64,000 nucleotides of DNA from an uncultured candidate division Zixibacteria bacterium (GCA_963817915.1 CAWFQL010000009.1:288001-352000), one strand, 5' to 3'. Counted from the stretch's first letter, positions 19,764-30,662 are shown. The notes: generated by a model from the letters alone, not told the origin. Numbers and translations: made by a program.

Positions 19764-22034
19764 CTATTTCATTAATACCATCTTTTTGGTAATGGTATTT
19801 TCATCGGTCTTCAGACGATAAAAATAGACGCCTGTCCCGACCGACTTGCCCATCTGGTCTTTGCCGTCAAATACTACCTGATGAGGCCCTGCCTCCATCT
19901 CGGTATTGACCAGAGTGGTTACCTTACTGCCTAAAATATTATATACAGACAACTCAACGTTCATTTTCGCAGGCAGATTAAACGAAATTGTGGTCTGAGG
20001 GTTGAACGGGTTCGGATAATTTTGATTGAGTTGCAAAGTCAACGGCAATACGCCACGGTCATCAATACCAGTTATTTGTACCCGCGCGACCTGCCTATTG
20101 GATGATCCCGACCACTGCTGCTGAGCATCCATGGCACGCGCCTGATAATAGTAATCACCAGGAACACGACCGGTAATCTGATACTGCATGTCAGTTATAT
20201 TGGAGCTTAAAATCGTGCTATTGGTGAAATTTTCAACGGGATAGAAGTCATCGACATAGAACCCATCGAGTACTGTTCCGGCATCAGTGATATATCTCAT
20301 GCCCAGAAGTACAGACTGGCCAGCGTAGGACGCCAATGGGAATTTAGCCAAAACCCAGGCGTTCGAGAGTCCGGTAATACCGTTGCCCTGATTAAGGCCG
20401 TGAGGATTGGTATTCGTGGTTATATTACCCGCCAGATTAGTGAATGTTACTCCACCATCCGTGGATAGTTGTACATAAGCATAATCATAACCATCTTCGA
20501 TTCGGTACCATGCCCAGAATTGCAATGTGTCATTGGCGCCGACGGTAATCGGGTTTTTGAGAACACAATAGCCGTTATAATTGAAGCCCGTGCCGCCATA
20601 TAATCCGTAAGTCCCCGAATGATGATGCGTGGTTCTGCGAACAAAACCATGCAGATTCCAATCGTTGGTGTTATCGTCAAAATCATCGGTTAGTCTCTGG
20701 AATCCGGTCAATTCGGTTAATTCATAGGCGACGGCCGGATTCAATGTATCGCTATGAGTCCAGGAGACTGTGAATGAATCGGCATAAATATCACCAATCG
20801 GATTCAAATGCGGCGCGACTGGAGCATCGATGCCATATGGATTCTCGGCGATTTTCGCGAGATACATTAGAGCGCTGAGAGCGTGTCCCCAAAGTATCGG
20901 AATTCTTGATTGCGGCGCCCAAAAGCCATCGGTGTTATCGCCCATCTCCATTACGAAACCAAGCATCTTAGGCTTCTCAGTCTGTTCGCCATACTGCCAA
21001 TCAGTAGATTCGCCGTTTGTATTATAGAGAAGCTCCCAGGGAGTCCCCTGAGCATATCCGCTAAAAGCAGTGCAGGAATCGCCAATAATCGTAAATAACG
21101 GCTGATCTGGGGCATGGATATTCGCATATCCCCAGGGATAAAGGAAATAACCGCCGTACGTGTGGAAATTCATGATTACTTTAATATTGGGATGCGAGTT
21201 TATGAATTGTCTCATCGATTCGGTTTCGGACTCGGAAAATGCGGAAGCGCCGCGATAGGTCTCGTCGGATTGATATGGCGATGAACCATTATTGTCATAT
21301 CCCCACTCGTAACCCCAATTGCGGTTAAGATCGATTCCGTAGCCTCCGCGGCGATTTTTACGCCACATTCCGCCGCCACCGGGATTGGTCTGGCGATTAT
21401 ATTCATAACCATCAGGATTGACTATCGGCAAAATGTAGAATTCACGATTATTGACAAGGTGAGTCACGATTGAATCGCTACCATAGTTTTGGCAAAGATA
21501 ATTGATGAATCGAAGGCAATTTTCACCGCCCATGGGCTCTCTCGCGTGAATAAGACCGTTCACAAACATTCCCGGCTCATTCTCATTGCTATCGGGATTA
21601 TCCGAAATCTTCATCATCCAAAGCGCCCTGCCCTGAATAGTGGGCCCAATGGAATCCCTGGCAGTCGTAATATTGGGATAAGCGGCATGAAGCGAATCCA
21701 TATAGGCTAACGCTTCGGCATAGGTCTTATAACCGCCCATAGTCGCGCCAAGCGGGTTTCTCGATTGATAGAACGCGACCAAGTCGGCGTGGATAACCTT
21801 CGGATTGAGGCCGGCGGCAGACAGGCGGGCTAAATCGGTGTCATCGGCGATAATATCCGCTATGCCATCTTTGGAAACTGATGGCACGTCAAAATCGCCG
21901 GTACGAAGAAATTCTGCGGCGCCCTTAATGCTCAAATCGACCTGAACAAGCATTGGCCGCTCATGAGTAGCCGCAATCAGTGTTGTCGCCGCTATCATCA
22001 TTATTGCACATGTAAACCAGAATAACTTTTTCAT
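19764..22034 (-). CDS. secreted M14 zinc carboxypeptidase (carboxypeptidase T-like) with beta-sandwich/FN3 region and FlgD-Ig/T9SS-type CTD
   Basis: Signal peptide; HARE, NPDG, WRKNR, DLNRNW, NFHTYG; IEDGYDYAYVQLSTDGG; QNYPNPFNP..GVYFYRL..KKMVLMK. Confidence 0.9.
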   Translation of the reverse strand: MKKLFWFTCAIMMIAATTLIAATHERPMLVQVDLSIKGAAEFLRTGDFDVPSVSKDGIADIIADDTDLARLSAAGLNPKVIHADLVAFYQSRNPLGATMGGYKTYAEALAYMDSLHAAYPNITTARDSIGPTIQGRALWMMKISDNPDSNENEPGMFVNGLIHAREPMGGENCLRFINYLCQNYGSDSIVTHLVNNREFYILPIVNPDGYEYNRQTNPGGGGMWRKNRRGGYGIDLNRNWGYEWGYDNNGSSPYQSDETYRGASAFSESETESMRQFINSHPNIKVIMNFHTYGGYFLYPWGYANIHAPDQPLFTIIGDSCTAFSGYAQGTPWELLYNTNGESTDWQYGEQTEKPKMLGFVMEMGDNTDGFWAPQSRIPILWGHALSALMYLAKIAENPYGIDAPVAPHLNPIGDIYADSFTVSWTHSDTLNPAVAYELTELTGFQRLTDDFDDNTNDWNLHGFVRRTTHHHSGTYGLYGGTGFNYNGYCVLKNPITVGANDTLQFWAWYRIEDGYDYAYVQLSTDGGVTFTNLAGNITTNTNPHGLNQGNGITGLSNAWVLAKFPLASYAGQSVLLGMRYITDAGTVLDGFYVDDFYPVENFTNSTILSSNITDMQYQITGRVPGDYYYQARAMDAQQQWSGSSNRQVARVQITGIDDRGVLPLTLQLNQNYPNPFNPQTTISFNLPAKMNVELSVYNILGSKVTTLVNTEMEAGPHQVVFDGKDQMGKSVGTGVYFYRLKTDENTITKKMVLMK

Positions 22035-22102
22035 TAAAAATCTCCTTTTAAACACTAAAACAGATAACTTTGGCCATTCGTTCCGAAATATCTCATTAAT
22101 CT

Positions 22103-22131
22103 ATAATAAATCCAATTGATCATTCTGTCAA
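22103..22131 (-). promoter_or_regulatory. putative sigma70 promoter of the M14 gene
   Basis: TTGACA-N17-TATTAT. Confidence 0.55.
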
Positions 22132-22146
22132 ATCACCTTTTATAGA

Positions 22147-22178
22147 AATTGGGGTTGGCAATAATGTCAACCCCAATT
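22147..22178 (-). terminator. hairpin, probable terminator after the RNase H-like gene
   Basis: AATTGGGGTTG..CAACCCCAATT inverted repeat. Confidence 0.5.
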
Positions 22179-22209
22179 CCACCCTTATCATAGCTGAGAA
22201 CTTTACTAT

Positions 22210-22587
22210 TTAAGCAGCAAGGCCATCTTGAGCCAGATTCTCATTAATTGGAATCCAATTTAGAGTAAATGGTATTTTTCTTTTGTACCCGACTGCCATG
22301 TTTAAATACGGTTCCAGACCTTTGGGCGCTTTGAGTCCCTTATTTACCTGGCTAATAATCTTATAGTCGTTACCAAAAACTTCAATTCGTTTATTCTTAA
22401 AGAGATGGGGATTGAGTTCTACGAATTCAAGGAGAGCCAAGAGGCTGGCATATTCACATTCGTCCTGAGTGCCATTAAACTGGGCCCTGAAAGTGATACC
22501 GATGTCGGGAATGGCAAAGGTCACAAGACTATTATATCCCGCTAAACCGTTGTCATCTCTTTTTCGCCCGTGATAGAAGCATTTCAT
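22210..22587 (-). CDS. degenerate RNase HI-like fold protein
   Basis: TQDECEYASLLALL, IEVFGNDYKIISQV and WIPINENLAQDGLA align to TNNxAEYxAL, GDSxLVVxQ and WIPRExNxxADxLA; AGGAGG RBS. Confidence 0.65.
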   Translation of the reverse strand: MKCFYHGRKRDDNGLAGYNSLVTFAIPDIGITFRAQFNGTQDECEYASLLALLEFVELNPHLFKNKRIEVFGNDYKIISQVNKGLKAPKGLEPYLNMAVGYKRKIPFTLNWIPINENLAQDGLAA

Positions 22588-22628
22588 TTTAAGGCCTCCT
22601 TTTGTTGTCTCCGTCCACAAGCATTTTC

Positions 22629-22644
22629 AGCAAATGCCGTGCCT
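22629..22644 (-). promoter_or_regulatory. sigma54 (-24/-12) promoter
   Basis: AGGCACGGCATTTGCT, exact GG-N10-GC matching TGGCAC-N5-TTGCW, 41 nt upstream of the ATG. Confidence 0.75.
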
Positions 22645-23004
22645 GCTTTACATTGGCCTTACAAGCCCCTCCTTTTCGACCAATATTGACGTCCTAATCC
22701 ATTGTCTATCTTATTCTTACAAATCTAAATTTCCCAATAGCCCATAGCCTTCCTTACTAATAAATATTGAGACAATAATTGTGCATTGCAGAGGGGTGCT
22801 TCACTCGAAATGCAGCAAATGGTAAATATAGTGCATAAGTACTTTTAGATTCAAATTGTTGGTTCACAGGTTTCAAACTACTACCCATTTACTATAATAT
22901 ACAAAAATTATCAGTAATAATTCCTATCTATTTTAAAAATATATAGATAATCCCCTCCTCAATTTTATCTATAAGCGGTCTCATAAGGAATAATGAGTGA
23001 TTCC

Positions 23005-23043
23005 AAAAAACATAGCCCCCGCTCGAATTTGAGCGGGGGCTAT
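23005..23043 (-). terminator. intrinsic terminator of the S8 protease gene
   Basis: ATAGCCCCCGCTC..GAGCGGGGGCTAT followed by GTTTTTT on the minus strand. Confidence 0.8.
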
Positions 23044-23067
23044 TGGCGTAGGTGTTAAGAAACGATG

Positions 23068-26000
23068 CTACTTCAGCATCATCATTTTCTTAGTAAAGGT
23101 TTTTCCGCCTGCATTGAGTTTGTAGAAGTACATACCCGAAGCGACACCTGAACCAGTTTCATCGGTGCCATTCCAAATAATCGATTGATATCCGGCATTC
23201 ATTGGGCCATTGGCGAGAGTTTTCACTTTCTGACCAAGGACGTTGAATATTTCCAGAGTAACAGCCGAATTAGTCGGTAAAGCAAACCGAATTTCTGTGG
23301 ACGGGTTGAACGGGTTAGGATAGTTCTGTGAGAGAGCGAATTCAGTTGGCAACATGGTAGGCTTATCATCGATGCCAGTAGGACCGACACGGAATATCAC
23401 CGGTACTGTGATCTGAGCAACCTGGTGGTTGGCATCAGTTCCTGTTACCAGCAATGAGCCGTTGTAGGTACCTATCTCGAGGAATGACGCGTCGAATGAA
23501 ATGGTGCTATTAGTATTCTGGCCGTAATTAACAGTTCCCGATGCGGGATCAGCCGCTAGCCAGCCAGCAGTAAATCTAACCGCCAACTCGCTATGAACGT
23601 AGGTCTGATCGTAGGCAACCTGCAATCCAATAGAACCATCACCATTCTGGATACCAATCGTGTTGCTATCATCCGGATAGCCGATATCCATATAGTTGAA
23701 TGTGATCGCGCCGCTCGATGAAAGAACAATCTGGAATGAATAAGGTCCACCGCTGCTGTAATGAGGCACATTAATGTAGGAGATAACCAACTGAGAACCA
23801 TCGGTGTAGTAGTATGATTCACCGCCGGCAGAGAAATTAAGATCATCCCAGAACGGGGCGAGCATATTTTCCGGCGCTGATGGATCCGGTAAAGGACCAT
23901 TAAAGTATACTGTACCATTGTTAGTGAATGATATCCAACCGTTGGAGCAGGCATAGAATTGACTGAACGTGCTTCCATAGTACGGGAATTCGAAACCGAT
24001 ATCCATCGGTCCCATACTCTGATCGTCTCCGCTTAGACCTATTGGTGTGCCTTCATTCTGGATATCAATCCAGTTATAAGTCGGTCCACCTGGTTCGTCT
24101 GAATCAATCCATAGATACCCGAATGAATCCGGGCCGCCGCGTCCAAGGGTCATCGGAGGATGTGTAGGCTGGCTTTGATCCTGCGATTTATCATAGGTTG
24201 TATTGTTGGAATGCGGTACTGCCTGGAACGACCATGTCGGACTCCAATCGCGCGCATTACGCACCCTGTTGGTATTGGCTACAATCGAGTAATTGATAGC
24301 CAGGCCGCCGGGGTTGGAGATATTCAAAGGTCTGGTAACTATCTGGCCAACGCCTCCACCAACATCAAACGATGTGGGATTAAGTATCATTCTGCCGCCG
24401 AGTCTCGGAGTGCCGGATACTTCATTTGATCCAGGCGATTCTTCTACTGGCGGATTGTTGTAAACCGCTGTCACTTTATAGTAATAGGTTGTACCATTTA
24501 CTACCGCGGAATCATTGTAAGCATTGCCCAGAACATAAGAGGAATTGATTTTATTCGCCGGGGTAATGACTACGTTAGGAGTAGTCTGACGATAGACGTT
24601 GTATCCCAGCAATTCCTCTGTATCCAGCGGACGAGGATTATCGCCGCCGGAATTGGACATAGTGAGCATCGGAGCAGTTTTGCTGCTCAGAGGCACTACC
24701 ACTGATGTGGCTTTTTCATTGATCGGCAATGTAGTCTTCCTTGCCAACTCCGGAGTCGGAGCCTTCTCGGAAAGGGTGAGGCTTCTGCCGTTATCAACGA
24801 TTGTGACCCTGATCATCTGGTCGCCAGAATAAGTATCCTGCTGTCCCCAGATGCCGCCGACAAATGCCCATTTGTTCTCAGGGAAATCGGTAAATGCATC
24901 GAGGCCGATACCTTCTTCACCGCCACCGGCTATATTCTGGAAACCAACCCAGAAATTAGGTCCGTTGACAATCAAGCCGCCCTCGATCGGGGCCATAATG
25001 GTCTGACCAATTTCACCGGTAACTTCAGCATAGTATACCATGTCGCCGGGCTGACCAGAACCGTCGTCATCGAATACTGAAACTCCGATCGGATCCGCTG
25101 TTCCATCCGGCCATGGCCAATAGGCATCGCCTTCAGTAAGAGTATGAATCCAGAGAGTATCGATTTCAATAGGTGAATTGGCTGAGAAGCTATTAGCTAT
25201 GATAGCATCATAAGCATAATAGTAGTATGCATTGACCAATACACCGTCGTCATAGACGATAGTTCTTGTCGGACGCATACCTGGAGCGGCCCAATGTAAT
25301 GGAACACAACCTTCCTGATCGTTTGTGGCTCTCAGGTTGGTCGGAGGCAGATTTCCAACTGATACGAAAACCTGGTTGGAGTATGCCGATTCCATCGCAG
25401 GATTGCCGTTATCGACAGCCGTAACGACTATTCCATAAGTGCCATCCTGGCCGACTGGAATATTAATAGTAGCGGCTGGTGAAGTGCTTGTACCAGCGAG
25501 AACGTAGGAACCGCCCGGAACAAGCTTCTTCCAAATGTTGTAGTGATTGAAATCGCCCATCTGATTCGTGAACGTCCAGGTCAGATTAACATTACGACCA
25601 TTAACGACTGCGGCTAAATCTGCAGGCGGTTCAGGCGAATGGTTGGCCGGTGTAGCATTGGCTTCGTTGGAGGCCGGTGATGCTACAGAGTCTGACCATG
25701 TCGCTGTCATGGCATAATAATAAGTCGTACCATTGACGATTCCTGCGTGGTCAGTATAACGAGTATCCGCGCCAGGAATACCGGAAGTAATCAAGTGAGC
25801 GTTATCCAGCGGTACAGGCGAAGAAAGCGCACGGTATAGATTGTAGTGAGCGGGAGCAAATCCTTCCGGACCTGTTCCTATCCTGATGGCCATTTCGCTA
25901 TGGAGATAGTCGGCGTCAGCAACAACCTGCAATCCGATTGATCCATCACCATTCTGGATACCTACTGTGCAGCTATTTGTCGGCACGCCCAAATTTTCGT

Positions 26001-29000
26001 ACTGAAGGATAATTGTGCCTGTCGCACGGAGTATCCACTGGAATGTATAAGGTCCGCCACCGCCGAAATGGTTAATTCCAATATATGAAATCACCAATTC
26101 CGAACCGTCGCTATAGTAATAGAATGATCCACCGTCTCCTGCATTTAAGTCATCCCAGAATGCGGCTATCATATTTTCAGGAGCGGACGGATTGGGAAGC
26201 GGCCCATTAACGTAGTCTGTGCCATTGCTTGTGAAAGAAAGGAAGCCATTCGAGCACACATTAAATTGGCTGAACATATTGCCATAGAATGGGAAATCAA
26301 AGCCGATATCCATCGGGCCGACGCTTTGATCGTCAGCATTTAACGGTATTGGCGTACCATTATCAGTAATGTCTACCCAAGCATAGGCGGGTCCACCTGG
26401 TTCATCTGAATCAATCCAGGTATAACCAAACGCATCCGGACCACCCTGATCAGCAATCACTGGAGGATTGATCGGACCATTAATACCCTTCTTGGATAAA
26501 TCAAGTGGTGCTTGATGGCGTACTGGGCGAGACGGTGTAGAGCCACTCGAAGCTCCACGCCACGAGCCAGGGAGCATCCAACGCAACGGTACTGCGAATT
26601 CCTCACCGCTGACTGCGATAAGGCCGCTCGGCGGCAGATGACCAACGAGGCCATAGGCTGTGTTTGATGGCTCAGAAGAAAGCGGAGGAGTTCCATCATC
26701 GACAGCGATAACTCTGTAACCGTAGGTTCCGTCCTGACCCTGGCCGATAACATCGACATAGGCCATAACGGTGGTCGTAGCAATCTGACCCCAAGCCCCA
26801 TACGGCATGAGTTTGCGCTCTACCGAGAAATGAGCGAAATCGCGGTTAGCGTTGTTGAAATTCCATGTGAGGTTTACGTTACGTCCGACAACGTTAGCGA
26901 CCAGGTTGGTCGGCGCTTCGGGCGAGGCATTAATAGGAGTGGCTGTGGCTTGATTGGAAGGACCAATTTCCACGTTCTGGCCGCCGCCTATATCGTAAAC
27001 TGCTGATCCCTGATAATAATATAATGTACCATTGGTAAGACCGTTGGGAAGATCATCGCCCCAATCATCATAGGCTGTAGCAGTTATGATCGAACCATTG
27101 ATCTTTGGTAGATGACGATCATAAGGGCCGGTCGCGACATCACGATACAAGTTGTAGCCCAAAAGGACTGCAACGTCGGTGATTATCGGAGGATCCGAGC
27201 TCAACATGATCTTAGGATAGTGAGCGGTTCTATCAATGATCTTAGAGGCGCTGGAATTACCCGATGCCACTACGGCATGAGTATTCGCTCTATTATTATT
27301 TACACCTAAATTGGCCGGTACGGTCCTTTTCGGACCTGAATCAAATGATAACCAGCCGTTGCTGCGGGCTCCACCAAATACTTTGGCGCGAATCATATGA
27401 TCGCCATCGTAGTTGGATTCAAGACCCCAGACGCCGCCCATACGGGACCATTTGTTGCCGGGATAATCGGTGGTCGCATCAAGGCCTATGCCTTCTTCGC
27501 CACCTCCAGCGATGTTGTTCATGGCCACCCAGAATCTATCCGTGGCTTCAACTTCAGGTACGTCAACCTTAACCCACTGTCCCAATTCGCCGGTAACTTC
27601 GGTATAGAACGCGGCATCAGCCTGCGGATTACCGGAACCGTCGTCAAGATAAACCGAGACGCCGATAGGATCGGGACTTGCATCAGGCCATGGCCAATAA
27701 GGATCGCCCTCTGTCAGGACATGAATCATGACGGAGTCAATGGTAGCGGCACCATTGATTTCAAACATTTCAGCCATTAAGGCGTCATAAGCATAGTAGT
27801 AATACGCATTGACCAATGCTCCGTCGTCGTACGCGATTTCGCGCGATTCGGTCATGCCAGGGGCTAACCAGGTTAGAGGAACATGATGATCAAGACCACC
27901 GGTTGCGTGAAGGTAAGTCTGAGGACCTTCGGTACCGGCTAATTGGATAATGAAAGTATCATCACGATCATCAAATACGAAATCGTATGAACCATCAACT
28001 GTAGGTGTGAAGGTAATATTCGCGCCACCAACTCCGCCGATGCCATACCAGCCAACGTTGGAATGCATGACCGTGAATTTAAATGTGTACATGGTGTTTG
28101 CAATTAGCGGAGTTGCAGCACCCCACTTGGTCGGCCTGTTGTTCACGCCACGGGCCAAATCAAGATTCAGACCATGATCGCCAACTGCGGAGATAATCCA
28201 GTTATTGTAGGACCCGGAGGGGTTGACCGACAATGTAGGAACCGTAGGCGGATTAAGGTTTAGAATCTGGAATCCTGCGCCGTCATCCAAACGAGGCGCT
28301 TCGCCATTGTAGTTTTCAGAATAGATAGCCCATTGATAGGTATGAGTAAGATCGCGAGCAAGAAGCACGTTTCCGGTGAAAATACCGTCGTTGGCTGCTT
28401 GATCGGGAGATACGCCGTCATCTTTGATGGCAAGGAGATCGCCAGACCAACCGGCATCGTAGAAGCCATCGTTATTCCAACTACCTTTGAGGTAGAAGGT
28501 ACGATAGGAAGCATCCACGGGATTGCCAAATTGAGCTTTTAAAGTGACAGTGACTTTGCCTTCAAGGGCATAGTTCGCGAAAGTTGTTTCATTTTCAGCG
28601 ACCATTTTCTGGTCAAAAACTGGGAGGTGTGTCGGCGGGAATTCAACTCTGATATTCCAGAGTGTATCGGCCGGCATGTATAATGAATAGGATCCATTTG
28701 CTCTGGAAGATGCGCTCCAGGGTCTGCCAACTACACTAACCATGGCACCCTGTAACGGGAGACCGGAAGCCTGGTCTGTAACTGTTCCAGCCAGGACGCC
28801 CCAACCATGCAACAGCGATAATGCTCTCTGCACTGCCGCGTATGCATTGACAATACCCATACCATATGAGTTGTCATTGCCTTGCGGGCCTAAATCTGTG
28901 GCAGTATCGAGAAGAATTTCGCGAACCTGAGCAGATGTTAGGTTCGGGTTTGCCTGACGCATTAAAGCGACGACACCGGCGACGTGCGGAGTGGCCATTG

Positions 29001-30273
29001 AGGTACCGCTCCATCCGCCCTGGTATTGACCGCCAGGAACAGAACTGCGAACGTTAACGCCAGGAGCCGAAACTTCGGGCTTAATCGCTGCGTCACCATT
29101 CGGTGTGCAATAGGTCGGGCCGCGCGAAGAGAAGTCCGCGATCGGCAGACTCTGGTTATTGCCATCAACTGCGGCAATAGCAAAGCTGGTTATGTCTGTT
29201 GTGGCTCTGTCTGCCGGACGTCTGAGTGAAGTCGGGCCAGGGCCTTCATTACCTGCGGCGAAAACAACGACAATACCGGCGGCTTCGGCGCCGTCAAGAA
29301 CTGCCCAGAATGTTTCATCGCAATCGGGATAACCGTGACCGGTTGTAACACCCCATGAGTTGGAGTTGACATCGGGAACGTCCCAAACTGTGGCTGGATT
29401 GCCATCAGGATCAACGATCCACTGGAATGACAATAAAGCATTTGTTACGGTCGGACCAATGCCGCCTCTATCAATTACGCCGGCTGACATCCACTGTGCG
29501 CCAAAAGCAACACCGATGGTATCGCCAGTATTGACACCGAGACCGCAAATCGTGCCCATTGTATGGGTACCATGCTGACCGGAATCAAAGGGGAAATCTG
29601 TGAAAGTCACCGGATCAAACCAAGCCCAATCCGCATGACCGTCGTATCTGCTATCGTAACCTCTCCAGCGAGCATTTAACGCCGGGTGGTTGCCATCGAC
29701 ACCAGTATCGAGATGGCTGACAAGCCTTCCTTCACCGGTGAAACCCATAGCCCAAGCTTGGGGAGCATTGATGGCGCGGAGGCCATTTTCCACACCTGCA
29801 ATCGACGGCTCATCTTGGCCGTGGCTGACAGGTTCAGTATTGGAAATTTCATAGTCAGGGCTGACTTGAAGAACGTCATTGCGCTGAACCAGAATATCCA
29901 ATACTTCAGGGGTGGCTGTCACCAAAACAATATTGGCAACCCAAAGGCCTTGGAATTTTTCAACCTTGCCTTGATTGGCCAGATCGGCCAACTGAGCCAT
30001 GATGTCGCCCTGAGTTTCCGTTGCCTTGGCCTGAAGAGCCCTGACTACGACCTCATGCCACTCACGACGATCAGCCTGCCTTGCAGTAAGCTCGGCCTGC
30101 AATGCATTAAGATCTACTTGGTCCGCCATTGTAATAATAGCGCCGACCATCGGCTGAGACGAATGATCAGCCAAGTACGGCTGGAACGCAGCACTATACT
30201 GACCGGCAAACGCGTAGGAGCCGATAGACATTAAAACCAAACAGAACAACACAATTTTGAATGGTTTTTTCAT
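23068..30273 (-). CDS. giant (about 2400 aa) secreted S8 subtilase with FN3 and duplicated accessory domains and a FlgD-Ig/T9SS-type CTD
   Basis: Signal peptide; triad HLDTG, HGTHTMG, SGTSMATPH; oxyanion FAAGN; two GGPDxFGYxWIDSDEPGGP and two YDDG..NAYYYYAYDA modules; QNYPNPFNP..KKMMMLK. Confidence 0.92.
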   Translation of the reverse strand: MKKPFKIVLFCLVLMSIGSYAFAGQYSAAFQPYLADHSSQPMVGAIITMADQVDLNALQAELTARQADRREWHEVVVRALQAKATETQGDIMAQLADLANQGKVEKFQGLWVANIVLVTATPEVLDILVQRNDVLQVSPDYEISNTEPVSHGQDEPSIAGVENGLRAINAPQAWAMGFTGEGRLVSHLDTGVDGNHPALNARWRGYDSRYDGHADWAWFDPVTFTDFPFDSGQHGTHTMGTICGLGVNTGDTIGVAFGAQWMSAGVIDRGGIGPTVTNALLSFQWIVDPDGNPATVWDVPDVNSNSWGVTTGHGYPDCDETFWAVLDGAEAAGIVVVFAAGNEGPGPTSLRRPADRATTDITSFAIAAVDGNNQSLPIADFSSRGPTYCTPNGDAAIKPEVSAPGVNVRSSVPGGQYQGGWSGTSMATPHVAGVVALMRQANPNLTSAQVREILLDTATDLGPQGNDNSYGMGIVNAYAAVQRALSLLHGWGVLAGTVTDQASGLPLQGAMVSVVGRPWSASSRANGSYSLYMPADTLWNIRVEFPPTHLPVFDQKMVAENETTFANYALEGKVTVTLKAQFGNPVDASYRTFYLKGSWNNDGFYDAGWSGDLLAIKDDGVSPDQAANDGIFTGNVLLARDLTHTYQWAIYSENYNGEAPRLDDGAGFQILNLNPPTVPTLSVNPSGSYNNWIISAVGDHGLNLDLARGVNNRPTKWGAATPLIANTMYTFKFTVMHSNVGWYGIGGVGGANITFTPTVDGSYDFVFDDRDDTFIIQLAGTEGPQTYLHATGGLDHHVPLTWLAPGMTESREIAYDDGALVNAYYYYAYDALMAEMFEINGAATIDSVMIHVLTEGDPYWPWPDASPDPIGVSVYLDDGSGNPQADAAFYTEVTGELGQWVKVDVPEVEATDRFWVAMNNIAGGGEEGIGLDATTDYPGNKWSRMGGVWGLESNYDGDHMIRAKVFGGARSNGWLSFDSGPKRTVPANLGVNNNRANTHAVVASGNSSASKIIDRTAHYPKIMLSSDPPIITDVAVLLGYNLYRDVATGPYDRHLPKINGSIITATAYDDWGDDLPNGLTNGTLYYYQGSAVYDIGGGQNVEIGPSNQATATPINASPEAPTNLVANVVGRNVNLTWNFNNANRDFAHFSVERKLMPYGAWGQIATTTVMAYVDVIGQGQDGTYGYRVIAVDDGTPPLSSEPSNTAYGLVGHLPPSGLIAVSGEEFAVPLRWMLPGSWRGASSGSTPSRPVRHQAPLDLSKKGINGPINPPVIADQGGPDAFGYTWIDSDEPGGPAYAWVDITDNGTPIPLNADDQSVGPMDIGFDFPFYGNMFSQFNVCSNGFLSFTSNGTDYVNGPLPNPSAPENMIAAFWDDLNAGDGGSFYYYSDGSELVISYIGINHFGGGGPYTFQWILRATGTIILQYENLGVPTNSCTVGIQNGDGSIGLQVVADADYLHSEMAIRIGTGPEGFAPAHYNLYRALSSPVPLDNAHLITSGIPGADTRYTDHAGIVNGTTYYYAMTATWSDSVASPASNEANATPANHSPEPPADLAAVVNGRNVNLTWTFTNQMGDFNHYNIWKKLVPGGSYVLAGTSTSPAATINIPVGQDGTYGIVVTAVDNGNPAMESAYSNQVFVSVGNLPPTNLRATNDQEGCVPLHWAAPGMRPTRTIVYDDGVLVNAYYYYAYDAIIANSFSANSPIEIDTLWIHTLTEGDAYWPWPDGTADPIGVSVFDDDGSGQPGDMVYYAEVTGEIGQTIMAPIEGGLIVNGPNFWVGFQNIAGGGEEGIGLDAFTDFPENKWAFVGGIWGQQDTYSGDQMIRVTIVDNGRSLTLSEKAPTPELARKTTLPINEKATSVVVPLSSKTAPMLTMSNSGGDNPRPLDTEELLGYNVYRQTTPNVVITPANKINSSYVLGNAYNDSAVVNGTTYYYKVTAVYNNPPVEESPGSNEVSGTPRLGGRMILNPTSFDVGGGVGQIVTRPLNISNPGGLAINYSIVANTNRVRNARDWSPTWSFQAVPHSNNTTYDKSQDQSQPTHPPMTLGRGGPDSFGYLWIDSDEPGGPTYNWIDIQNEGTPIGLSGDDQSMGPMDIGFEFPYYGSTFSQFYACSNGWISFTNNGTVYFNGPLPDPSAPENMLAPFWDDLNFSAGGESYYYTDGSQLVISYINVPHYSSGGPYSFQIVLSSSGAITFNYMDIGYPDDSNTIGIQNGDGSIGLQVAYDQTYVHSELAVRFTAGWLAADPASGTVNYGQNTNSTISFDASFLEIGTYNGSLLVTGTDANHQVAQITVPVIFRVGPTGIDDKPTMLPTEFALSQNYPNPFNPSTEIRFALPTNSAVTLEIFNVLGQKVKTLANGPMNAGYQSIIWNGTDETGSGVASGMYFYKLNAGGKTFTKKMMMLK

Positions 30274-30471
30274 AAAAAAAATCTCCATTTGAAGTTTAGA
30301 AAACGAAAACCCCTTATGAAATGTTTTGACCTTTGACCTCCTTTTTATCACTTAAAATGGTTTATTATTAGTGAAGACACTATTATACCTAATGATGTTT
30401 TTCTTGCGGAGCTTAAACTTAGTCATTTTGCTAACTTACGTTGACTAAAAAAATAAACATTTACCATTGCC

Positions 30472-30499
30472 AATATATTTTATATTCAATCTTTGTCAA
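30472..30499 (-). promoter_or_regulatory. putative sigma70 promoter of the S8 gene
   Basis: TTGACA-N16-TATATT about 200 nt upstream of the ATG. Confidence 0.5.
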
Positions 30500-30662
30500 G
30501 AGATATTATCATTTTTTGAAACGCCCAAGTTGTAAGCTTGGCTTAACTTTTTGACTATAAATAATTTGCATTTGAAAGAAATGTGAATAATGGAAGAAAA
30601 AGTATTTAATTTCATGCATGTTATTGGATTAAAACCCTTCATTTGCATCAATATAATGGTTT

